From: a virus
IMG/VR virus record: IMGVR_UViG_3300034065_000148
Direction: 5' to 3' (one strand)
DNA length: 35,696 bases
Shown here: positions 8,706 through 15,638 of the stretch, in pieces
Position numbering within the stretch: position 1 is the first letter of the stretch
Layout: each line of letters starts with the position of its first letter
Notes under the pieces: generated by a model
What the model saw: the letters and a program-made list of their open reading frames with translations, nothing else
Told to the model about the DNA's origin: nothing
Databases searched by the model: none
Program-made: the position numbers and the translations under genes

Positions 8706-9070
8706 TTTGCCCTTCGCTTTCTAGCGCTCGCTAAACGATCTGCGAGGCCATTCTTAAAATCATGTGTTAGTTCTTGTTTATCAGACTGCTTTAAATACTG
8801 CTTCCCAAGCCAAATAAGCATAACCCTATCACCCGACATCGCAAGTTCATATTGTTTGCGTCTTAAACTTACGCGCCCCTTTGAGCCCTTTTGGTCGGAA
8901 TACTCCGCATAAGTCAGCCCAAATTCAGATTTACAGCGCCTTGAAATGGTATCGTCTGATATTTTTAATATGTCGCAAACTTCAACTTTTGTGCATTGAA
9001 TGCCGAGCAAATCTTCGACTAACTCCCAATTAATTTTAATCTCTGGAGCTCCCATTTTCTTCTTAGCCAT
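8702..9070 (-). CDS. terS: Terminase small subunit / HTH DNA-binding packaging protein
   Basis: 122 aa. HTH-like CDILKISDDTISRRCK and the LIWLGKQYLKQSD motif common in small terminases. Located upstream of terL. Confidence 0.65.
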   Translation of the reverse strand: MAKKKMGAPEIKINWELVEDLLGIQCTKVEVCDILKISDDTISRRCKSEFGLTYAEYSDQKGSKGRVSLRRKQYELAMSGDRVMLIWLGKQYLKQSDKQELTHDFKNGLADRLASARKRRAK

Positions 9071-9527
9071 GTCTGGCCATTCTTCTATAAAAACTAGCGA
9101 GAGATTTGTATCGTTTTAAATCTTCTATCGTATAACCGCCATTGGCATATTTATCGGCTGCCCATTTACGAATAGGTTTCAATCTTTTCAATAGAAGTTT
9201 TGCTTGTTCTTTGACTGTATTTACGCCGGAATGATAATTAGTAAGCTTTTCTCTACCAATTTCTTTAATAAGCTCGCGTTCTATATCAAATGCGTCTGAT
9301 TCTAAAAGATCCTTGGCATAAACGAAGTATTTCACCTCGAAGCCGTCATTAATAATTTCTCTTATCCTTAGGGTCTTTCTCGGGTTATCAGAATTCCCTC
9401 TTTTGGCAGCGGGAACGTGTTGTTTCATTCTTTTCCCTTTGCCCTTGCCTACATAAAACACTTCCCCATTTCGAGGGTCTATCAACTGATAGACATAATA
9501 TTCTTTAGATTTTTCCTTCAGATCCAT
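9063..9527 (-). CDS. GIY-YIG domain nuclease-like protein
   Basis: YYVYQLIDPRNGEVFYVGKGKGKRMKQH matches the GIY-(x10)-YIG layout. It is the first gene of the late operon. Confidence 0.7.
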   Translation of the reverse strand: MDLKEKSKEYYVYQLIDPRNGEVFYVGKGKGKRMKQHVPAAKRGNSDNPRKTLRIREIINDGFEVKYFVYAKDLLESDAFDIERELIKEIGREKLTNYHSGVNTVKEQAKLLLKRLKPIRKWAADKYANGGYTIEDLKRYKSLASFYRRMARHG

Positions 9528-9630
9528 TTAAACGTGTCGTACACCTCCAAACTCAAAAAGCTCCAAAGGGTGTACTCCCCCCCTATAATTATTATATCGG
9601 CTAACTAGACTATTTATGTAAAGATTAATA
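9528..9630. promoter_or_regulatory. Divergent AT-rich control region between the late operon and the DUF5675-like gene
   Basis: Perfect TATAAT at 9584-9589 (+). TTTACA and GATATAAT boxes on the minus strand. 7-bp inverted repeat GTACACC (9539-9545) / GGTGTAC (9569-9575). Confidence 0.4.
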
Positions 9631-10047
9631 ATGATCTTGACCTTACAACGGACTGATTATTTGTCTGTAGGAATCTTCGGGACATTATCAAACGAAGACT
9701 CAACACTATTTCTCGCAACTGCCGAACATGCATACCCGGTCCAGCCAGCAGATGCGACATCTCTTTCTACTACATATTCGCCAAAGGTACCGAGCGGTCA
9801 ATATACCTGTATTTTAGGCCAGCATCAGCTATCCCGTGGAGTGCCGTTTGATGCCTATTGTTTGCAAGATGTCCCTGGTTGCACTGGGATATTGCTTCAC
9901 GTCGGAAATTACCCACAGACCGATAGTGAGGGATGCATCCTCTTAGGTCTTAGTAGAGTTGGGTTTATGATTCAGAGATCTCAAGACGCGTTTAAATTGT
10001 TTATGACAACTATGGCTGGGCAGCCATTTCAGTTAATAATTAGTTGA
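9631..10047 (+). CDS. DUF5675-like protein with a YkuD (L,D-transpeptidase)-like H-x-GN...S-x-GC-I-L motif
   Basis: The SGQYTC...VPGCTGILLHVGNYPQTDSEGCILLG pattern is characteristic of the phage/bacterial DUF5675 family. Confidence 0.65.
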   Translation: MILTLQRTDYLSVGIFGTLSNEDSTLFLATAEHAYPVQPADATSLSTTYSPKVPSGQYTCILGQHQLSRGVPFDAYCLQDVPGCTGILLHVGNYPQTDSEGCILLGLSRVGFMIQRSQDAFKLFMTTMAGQPFQLIIS

Positions 10048-10135
10048 CCGTGAGATAAACTGAGAAAAGAACGAGAATCATTCCTGCCGCCCCTATCACC
10101 CAAATGATGCCATCTGGATTAAGGGTATGGGCCAT
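10040..10135 (-). CDS. Possible 31-aa single-TM peptide (below the track cutoff)
   Basis: Manual translation MAHTLNPDGIIWVIGAAGMILVLFSVYLTVN. The ATG lies 2 nt after the stop of the 208-aa gene. Confidence 0.35.
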   Translation of the reverse strand: MAHTLNPDGIIWVIGAAGMILVLFSVYLTVN

Positions 10136-10137
10136 CT

Positions 10138-10764
10138 TTATCCGCCAGTTGTTGGCAGTTCTAGCCATACCAGGTTTGAAGCGCAAGAGACTGTGGTAGT
10201 TGAAACAGTGCCCATAACTCCTAAGAAGTTGCCAGGCTCGACTATCCAGGAACCATCAACAAGCTCTTCTGACTGACCGCCCATTAAAGAGGTGGCCGTA
10301 GATGGTTGAGGAGTAACGATTTGAGTGCTGTTAAATGGGACTAAAGAGTTTGTAAGGTTTCCGGCAAGCCCAGTTAGCGCCGTTCCAAAAGCAAAAGCCT
10401 TGGCAACGCTTGTCGGGATTGTGGCCGTTATAACGCGGCTTATGGGTGTTGACCCAGAGGTAATAGTATTTGAGGTTGCGTAAACCCAAACAAAAGAGCC
10501 TGGGCTTACACTTGAAGCAGCCGCTGTGGTGATTAAAACCGTCGCCCTTTGAATGACCATTATTCGGCCTGAATTACTTGGGTTATAGATCCCAATTATT
10601 GGCTGCGCGGTTGCGGAGAGTCCCGTTGCTGTGGCATTTGCGGCGACAAGGGCTGTGCTTACGCCGCCGAAACAAAATAGGTTACCAAGAGCGCATTGCT
10701 CGAAAAAACTGCCATTCCATTTTGTGTCGTAGTTTAATGTTATTGGATTTACATATGCTGCCAA
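10138..10764 (-). CDS. Hypothetical beta-rich S/T/A-rich protein (cargo next to the integrase)
   Basis: 208-aa ORF with a TTG start preceded by AGGGGG. No recognisable motif. Confidence 0.6.
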   Translation of the reverse strand: MAAYVNPITLNYDTKWNGSFFEQCALGNLFCFGGVSTALVAANATATGLSATAQPIIGIYNPSNSGRIMVIQRATVLITTAAASSVSPGSFVWVYATSNTITSGSTPISRVITATIPTSVAKAFAFGTALTGLAGNLTNSLVPFNSTQIVTPQPSTATSLMGGQSEELVDGSWIVEPGNFLGVMGTVSTTTVSCASNLVWLELPTTGG

Positions 10765-10899
10765 AGTGGGCCCCCTATTTGAATCTAACTTTGACTCAAT
10801 TTAAACCTATTAGTCAAATAGTTTGTGTTAGAGTTTCAAAAGATGTGGCGGCCGGGGTCTGGCACATTCGAGCTTATGGAAGAGCTCCTCCCCAAATTC

Positions 10900-10918
10900 A
10901 CACAGGTCGGTGACCTGC
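10900..10918 (+). promoter_or_regulatory. Dyad motif copy ACACAGGTCGGTGACCTGC
   Basis: Matches ACACWGG-N7-CCWG. Ends 1 nt before the integrase stop codon. Confidence 0.6.
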
Positions 10919-10919
10919 C

Positions 10920-11786
10920 TCACTTCTTAAGAATTGAATCAAGCTTAGCGGATATCGCGGTCACGGCTTCGAGCCTGGCAGAATCATCGAGCAAGGCGTA
11001 GCGGTCGGTCGTTTGCGTTGAATGATGGTTCAGGAGCTTTCCGATTACTTTCATATCAACTTTATTGCTCATGCCAACAGTTGCAAAAGTTCTGCGAAAA
11101 TCTCTCAGCCAAAGGTCCTCGCATCCAGCTTCTTTCCTTATTTTCCTAAACAGGTAACCAGGTGAAGGAATACCAAAAATAAGGCCATCCGATCGTTTCG
11201 GCAACTTATGGATCAATTCCATTATCTTTGGTGGGAGTATGACCGATTCAGGGTCTCCCGTAGCTTCTGTGCTTTTGCCATCAAAGACGAGTACTCCGAA
11301 GCCCGAAGACTCTGTAAACTCCGACCATCTAGAACGTTCAATAGAGCGAGGGCGAGCTCCCGTGAAGAGGAGTGTGTAGAGAAAAGTGATTTCAAGAGGT
11401 TGTGTTTTATACAACTTATCGAGGATTTCCCCGACTTTTTTGATTTCCGTTTCTGAGGCATAACGTCGCCTTTTTCTCTCAGTAAAGTGCTTAATGCCAA
11501 TGACCGGATTAAAGCCGCCGGCATTCCATTCTCGCTCGATACTGAATTTATAGAGTTTGGATATGATTTCGAGTAACCTATTGCCTGTGACTGGGGTTTT
11601 TGCAAATGATTTATGGAAGTCTCTAATTTGAACGCGAGTTACCGATAGGTAATCAATTGCTCCGAAAACTGGTTTTATATGATTTTTGTATTTGGCTCGA
11701 ACTTCTAGCGCGTGCCCTGATAGGTTGAATCTTGGACTATCCCAGTGATCTGCGAAGCATTTGGCAAAGAGCTCATCGATAGTCAC
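10920..11786 (-). CDS. int: Tyrosine recombinase / integrase (short, XerC/D-like size)
   Basis: Catalytic-region motifs TGARPRS, LRDFRRTFAT and LLNHHSTQTTDRYA (nucleophile Tyr). GTG start. Confidence 0.85.
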   Translation of the reverse strand: MTIDELFAKCFADHWDSPRFNLSGHALEVRAKYKNHIKPVFGAIDYLSVTRVQIRDFHKSFAKTPVTGNRLLEIISKLYKFSIEREWNAGGFNPVIGIKHFTERKRRRYASETEIKKVGEILDKLYKTQPLEITFLYTLLFTGARPRSIERSRWSEFTESSGFGVLVFDGKSTEATGDPESVILPPKIMELIHKLPKRSDGLIFGIPSPGYLFRKIRKEAGCEDLWLRDFRRTFATVGMSNKVDMKVIGKLLNHHSTQTTDRYALLDDSARLEAVTAISAKLDSILKK

Positions 11787-11841
11787 AAATTAAGGCTACG
11801 CTGTCATTTAAGGACAATCTAGACCAGTTATTGTAATTTTT

Positions 11842-11860
11842 ACACAGGTAGATCACCTGT
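11842..11860 (+). promoter_or_regulatory. Dyad motif copy ACACAGGTAGATCACCTGT (perfect ACAGGT-N5-ACCTGT palindrome)
   Basis: Lies in the int / secreted-peptide spacer. Ends 1 nt before the stop codon at 11862. Confidence 0.6.
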
Positions 11861-11861
11861 C

Positions 11862-12122
11862 TCAATTACTTAAACAACTATATCCACCAGATCCATTGCG
11901 CATACAACCGATATGGGTAGCGCTATTGTTGTATACAGGCATCGGTCTGGGCGGCACATATATTGGAGCCGATTGAATTGGGATGTAGGCGGGAGGATTG
12001 TATACCGGTACCGGTTGGTAAGTAGGAACCTGCATAGGAACAAACGTAGCTCTTGGCATTTGAACCCATTGAGCGTTAGCCGAAATTGGGATTAGAATTA
12101 GTAGAACGAGTAAATATTTCAT
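11862..12122 (-). CDS. Secreted proline-rich small protein with a C-terminal Cys-x9-Cys loop
   Basis: Signal peptide MKYLLVLLILIPISANA|Q. GAGGTG RBS before the ATG at 12122. The mature part is rich in P/V/Y. Confidence 0.65.
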   Translation of the reverse strand: MKYLLVLLILIPISANAQWVQMPRATFVPMQVPTYQPVPVYNPPAYIPIQSAPIYVPPRPMPVYNNSATHIGCMRNGSGGYSCLSN

Positions 12123-12162
12123 AGTCACCTCACTTCAAAATCAGTATAGCTCAAAAAATGGT

Positions 12163-12179
12163 TGTTTACAAGGTAAACA
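12163..12179. promoter_or_regulatory. Candidate operator palindrome TGTTTAC-AAG-GTAAACA overlapping a TTTACA -35-like box
   Basis: Perfect 7-3-7 inverted repeat 22 nt upstream of the RHH gene start. TTTACA-N17-TACTGT is a possible promoter. Confidence 0.5.
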
Positions 12180-12200
12180 TTAGTTGCTACTGTATTTGAT

Positions 12201-12356
12201 ATGAGAAAAAACACCGCAGTGATAACCATAAGAATCCCAGAGGTTACCAAAGCTGAACTAGAGCTTTTAAAAAAGAACAAGTTTAACCCAGGCGAGATAT
12301 GTCGGGATCTTTTAATAAATGGAATTAAAGAGTTTTTAAAAAAGATTAAAAAATAA
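12201..12356 (+). CDS. Ribbon-helix-helix (Arc/CopG/MetJ-type) transcriptional regulator, 51 aa (below the track cutoff)
   Basis: Manual translation MRKNTAVITIRIPEVTKAELELLKKNKFNPGEICRDLLINGIKEFLKKIKK. The beta-strand plus two-helix pattern is typical of RHH proteins. Confidence 0.6.
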   Translation: MRKNTAVITIRIPEVTKAELELLKKNKFNPGEICRDLLINGIKEFLKKIKK

Positions 12357-12373
12357 CCTTTGGGAGGCTAGTT

Positions 12374-12634
12374 ATGGCTCACAAAACAGTTACTGAAACC
12401 GTTGATTCCGCTCTGATGATAGGACCCTTATCTGATGTAAGGAGTAGAATCCTTGGCCAGCTAAGAGATTTCTTTGCTCACAAATGCCAAATATATGGAG
12501 CGAAGAATAATTGCGAAGATACGATGATTGATTTTTTCAATTCAATTTTCAGCGAAATAAGTCCATTTAGAAATACCGAAGAAACAACTTCTGAAGCTAG
12601 CATGAAGTGGATTAAGAACTGGAGTAAAAAATGA
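12374..12634 (+). CDS. Hypothetical early protein
   Basis: 86-aa ORF with a GGAGG RBS. Confidence 0.6.
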   Translation: MAHKTVTETVDSALMIGPLSDVRSRILGQLRDFFAHKCQIYGAKNNCEDTMIDFFNSIFSEISPFRNTEETTSEASMKWIKNWSKK

Positions 12635-12828
12635 CACCTTATGAAAAAGTATTGCTTATGGGTAAAGCATCTGGATTGAGACAAAGAGCTAAAACTCATT
12701 GCCCTCGCAAGCATCCATACGATGAAGAAAACACAATTAGAAGCCCTAAGGGACATAGGTCTTGCAGAAAATGTAAAGTGATGTTCGCTAAAAAAGTGAG
12801 GCCAAAAGTTTATGATTCTATGCAATGA
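12631..12828 (+). CDS. Small basic zinc-finger protein (THCPRKHPYDEENT...GHRSCRKC)
   Basis: ATGA overlap with the upstream gene. C-x3-H ... C-x2-C metal-ligand pattern. Confidence 0.55.
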   Translation: MTPYEKVLLMGKASGLRQRAKTHCPRKHPYDEENTIRSPKGHRSCRKCKVMFAKKVRPKVYDSMQ

Positions 12829-12994
12829 ATGTGGCCATATAAATCCCGAGGTTATAACTAAGGTCGAAGATTTTGAAACTTATGAACTCTGCGCCAGATG
12901 TAAGTCAGAAGATTCTCTGATTTACATGGATGATTTGGAATATGAAGAACAATTATTGGAGGCTAGCCGTGAACGAGAAAACTACGAAATCTAA
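12812..12994 (+). CDS. Small zinc-ribbon protein (CNEC...CARC) with an acidic tail
   Basis: 60-aa ORF with two CxxC pairs. Confidence 0.5.
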   Translation: MILCNECGHINPEVITKVEDFETYELCARCKSEDSLIYMDDLEYEEQLLEASRERENYEI

Positions 12995-13526
12995 TAATAT
13001 ACCAATTAAACGAGATGAATCCCTTTTCGAACTAGTTCAACTCTCACACAAAATACAAGAAATTCTCATTGAGAACGCTGGAGAGATTACTTTAGATATT
13101 GAGAAATCTTTATCGAAGCTACACGAAAAGATTCCAGAGAAATGTGATGCCTACAAACACGTTATAGATGATCTCAAATCACAAGCTGATTTATGGAATG
13201 AGCGCGCCGCTAACTTCTCTCGCGTTGCTAAGGCATTTCTAAGCTATACCGACAGTATGAAATACTCTCTTAAGATGGCTTGTATTGAATTGGGCGTTGA
13301 TGAGATTGTTGGGCGAGATTACAAATGGAAGCTTGTGAATAATGCTCCGTCGCTTGTTGTGGACGACGAAGCTCAAGTGCCCTCTAAATTCAAAGAAGTT
13401 GTGCAAAAGACAATTATTCGCTCTGATCTTTTAAAAGAAGCCCTCAAATCTGGAGAGACAATTGCAGGAGCTCACATTGAAAGTGGCTCTCATGTTCGTA
13501 GCTTTTTAAACAAAGGAAGTAAATAA
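12969..13526 (+). CDS. Siphovirus Gp157-like recombination-module protein
   Basis: The GTG at 12969 follows a GGAGG RBS; the track start at 12930 is less likely. The coiled N-terminal part and C-terminal LLKEALKSGETIAGAHIE pattern match the Gp157 family found next to SSAP genes. Confidence 0.5.
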   Translation: MNEKTTKSNNIPIKRDESLFELVQLSHKIQEILIENAGEITLDIEKSLSKLHEKIPEKCDAYKHVIDDLKSQADLWNERAANFSRVAKAFLSYTDSMKYSLKMACIELGVDEIVGRDYKWKLVNNAPSLVVDDEAQVPSKFKEVVQKTIIRSDLLKEALKSGETIAGAHIESGSHVRSFLNKGSK

Positions 13527-14270
13527 ATGTCAAAAGCAGTAACTCAAAAAGAAATTAATCTGGATGCCATAAACAAGGCTCTAATGTACGGAGACCTCTC
13601 AAAACTTACCGAACAAGATAAGCTAGAGCACTATAATAGGGTTTGTTTTTCAGTCGGTCTAAATCCCATCACTGTACCTTTTCAATACATAAATATGAAT
13701 GGCAAACAAGTCTTATACGCTGGCAAGAATACCGCCGAACAATTGAGGTCCATTCATAAGATTTCAATCGACATAACCTCTAGAGAAATTCAAGAGGACG
13801 TATTCATAGTAACTGCTAAAGCATCAATGCCTGATGGTAGACACGACGAGTCGGTTGGTGCCGTAGTAATCAAAGGTCTTGTTGGCGAATCAAAGGCCAA
13901 TACCATAATGAAATGTGAAACTAAGGCTAAAAGGCGCGTGACACTCTCAATTTGTGGTTTGGGTATGTTGGATGAGACTGAAGTGGAAACTCTTCCCAAA
14001 GAGGCTATTGCGAAGCCACAAGAGATTTTAAAAGAAGCTTCCGAGGCTACTGCCCAACCTTCAAGGCCAGATGATGGTTTCCCACATTGCAAGACCTGTA
14101 ATGAAGAGATGGTAATTTCAAAAGACGGCGTGCGCTACTGGTGTCGAAACTGGCAAGACGGTCGGAAACATCAGCCTATTCTAGTTTCAAAAGTTAAAAA
14201 TCCCGTTATTGAGTCTGAAGAATCCGGTGGATATCCATACGATAAGTCGTTTGAGGACTACGAAAAATAA
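13527..14270 (+). CDS. Single-strand annealing protein (RecT/Red-beta-type) with a C-terminal Zn-finger
   Basis: Motifs VGLNPITVPFQYINMNGKQVLYAGK and KCETKAKRRVTLSICGLGMLDETE. C-terminal HCKTC...CRNW. Confidence 0.6.
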   Translation: MSKAVTQKEINLDAINKALMYGDLSKLTEQDKLEHYNRVCFSVGLNPITVPFQYINMNGKQVLYAGKNTAEQLRSIHKISIDITSREIQEDVFIVTAKASMPDGRHDESVGAVVIKGLVGESKANTIMKCETKAKRRVTLSICGLGMLDETEVETLPKEAIAKPQEILKEASEATAQPSRPDDGFPHCKTCNEEMVISKDGVRYWCRNWQDGRKHQPILVSKVKNPVIESEESGGYPYDKSFEDYEK

Positions 14271-14291
14271 AATAAACCAGGGCTTTTCAAT

Positions 14292-14373
14292 TTGACATTT
14301 ACTAGACCCCGGTCGTAACTTGTCATTTGCGGTGACATTCAAATAAATACTTCAATTTTATTTCTCTGTCAAT
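14292..14373 (+). promoter_or_regulatory. Cluster of TGWCAWT repeats (TTGACA-type boxes) upstream of the replication genes
   Basis: TGACATT at 14293 and 14333, TGTCATT at 14321, TGTCAAT at 14367. TTGACA-N18-TAACTT and TTGTCA-N17-ATAAAT are promoter-like. Confidence 0.45.
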
Positions 14374-14402
14374 TCGCGAGAACAAAAAAGCATCGAGGGA
14401 AT

Positions 14403-15218
14403 ATGTCTGGGGAGATTACTGTCACTGTGCCTAAATGGGATTATTTTCAACCTAAAAGTATAAGAGAACGAAATCCATATTGGTTTAGAATCAACAAAGA
14501 CATGACTAACTCATCTGGCCTTGTTGGTTTGAGCCCGGCCCAAAAATGGGCTTGGGTTTGCCTTCTGGGCTTGTGTTGTTCACAAGATTCAAAGACAATT
14601 AAGTTTCGCCCCAACCGACTTGCATGCATAGCTAACGTTGATGAAAAGTCAATTTTAGAAATGCTTGAAATCCTTAAAGAAAACCACACCATTGAATTTA
14701 AAACTGAGTCCACTACATTTAAAACTGAGTCCACTACACCTACAATACAAAACAATACAATACAAAACAATACAACTACCTTTCCACAGAGCCTCAAAAA
14801 TGAGGCATCTGTGACCGTGTGGTCTTCTTACTCTTCTAGCTTTAAGGCTCGATACAAAGTTGAGCCCAAAAGAAACGCTACGGTTAACTCTCAGATTACT
14901 AATCTAATAAAAAGGCTTGGAGAAGAGCACGCTATCGAAGTAGTTAAGTTTTATGTCAGTCACAATGACCGTTGGTATGTAAGACAGGGCCACTCTATAG
15001 GTATTTGTCTTAAGGACTGTGAAAAGCTTTTTATGGAATGGTCTAGCGGTAAGAAAGTTACTTCAGTAACAGCAGCGGCTACCGAATCAATGGATCACAA
15101 TGCATCTGTGGTTTCTAATTATTTAAAAAAATCAGAACAAAGAGAAATAGAAAGGGAAGTTAATGAAAGCAGAATTCTTGAAGCGTCTAGCGATACTCGC
15201 TCAAATTTGCCATCATAA
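14403..15218 (+). CDS. Replisome organizer / origin-binding protein (SPP1 G38P / DnaD-like N-terminal domain)
   Basis: N-terminus YWFRINKDMTNSSGLVGLSPAQKWAWVCLLGL resembles the phage replisome-organizer N-domain. It is followed by a G39P-like loader gene and contains internal tandem repeats. Confidence 0.55.
   Translation: MSGEITVTVPKWDYFQPKSIRERNPYWFRINKDMTNSSGLVGLSPAQKWAWVCLLGLCCSQDSKTIKFRPNRLACIANVDEKSILEMLEILKENHTIEFKTESTTFKTESTTPTIQNNTIQNNTTTFPQSLKNEASVTVWSSYSSSFKARYKVEPKRNATVNSQITNLIKRLGEEHAIEVVKFYVSHNDRWYVRQGHSIGICLKDCEKLFMEWSSGKKVTSVTAAATESMDHNASVVSNYLKKSEQREIEREVNESRILEASSDTRSNLPS
14697..14771. repeat. Tandem direct repeats inside the replication gene: 2 x 21 bp followed by 2 x 15 bp (candidate origin iterons)
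   Basis: TTTAAAACTGAGTCCACTACA at 14697-14717 and 14718-14738. ACAATACAAAACAAT at 14742-14756 and 14757-14771. All copies are perfect. Confidence 0.85.
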
Positions 15219-15558
15219 TTTGGACGAATATCAAATAGAACTATATGACAAAGAAATATCTAATAGGGGATATGGCAGAGTCGCTAAGGCCCTGGACAGA
15301 CTTTTAATAACTAGAAAATCTAACTCGCCATTTCCTTCTATCGCAGAATTAAAAAATCTTATTCCATTTAGTTTTAATGAAGAAAAATCAATTGCAGGTT
15401 CATGTGGAGTCTGTAGTGACGGGTTATTGTTTGGATATCCAATAAATGAAAAGCACTCTTCTCAATATGTTTTTAAATGCACATGTTCAATTGGGTCCAA
15501 AGTTATACCTTCATTTCCAAAATGGGTAGACAATGGTCAATTTGTATTAGAAAGATGA
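15163..15558 (+). CDS. Helicase loader, SPP1 G39P-like, with a C-terminal Cys cluster
   Basis: EFLKRLAILAQICHHNLDEYQIELYDKEI...VAKALDRLL...SPFPSIAELKNLI matches the G39P family pattern. Confidence 0.5.
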   Translation: MKAEFLKRLAILAQICHHNLDEYQIELYDKEISNRGYGRVAKALDRLLITRKSNSPFPSIAELKNLIPFSFNEEKSIAGSCGVCSDGLLFGYPINEKHSSQYVFKCTCSIGSKVIPSFPKWVDNGQFVLER

Positions 15559-15638
15559 ATTATAAACTAGTAGTTTTGGCTACTTGGTTTTTAGCAGTTA
15601 TTCTGTTGATTTGTTTTTTGAGAGGAAAAGGTAAATGA
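15555..15638 (+). CDS. Possible 27-aa single-TM peptide (below the track cutoff)
   Basis: MNYKLVVLATWFLAVILLICFLRGKGK. ATGA overlaps at both ends. Confidence 0.4.
   Translation: MNYKLVVLATWFLAVILLICFLRGKGK

Noticed and set aside
10838-10885. tRNA 3'-end-like segment (reverse complement ...GCTCGAATGTGCCAGACCCCGGCCGCCA) as a tRNA-derived attP core
   Set aside because: The spacing between the TCGAAT-like loop and the CCA is 4 nt too long, and no complementary T-stem can be drawn. It remains only a GC-rich patch in a candidate attP spacer.
10578-10913. 111-aa plus-strand ORF (R-rich) across the 208-aa gene and the int-proximal spacer
   Set aside because: It is antisense to a better-supported gene, has arginine-rich low-complexity translation typical of antisense frames, and has no RBS.
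12201-12634. RHH antitoxin plus downstream 86-aa toxin (type II TA pair)
   Set aside because: The 86-aa protein shows none of the basic RelE/ParE-like features. The genes are separated by 17 nt with an independent RBS, and the context fits early regulation better.
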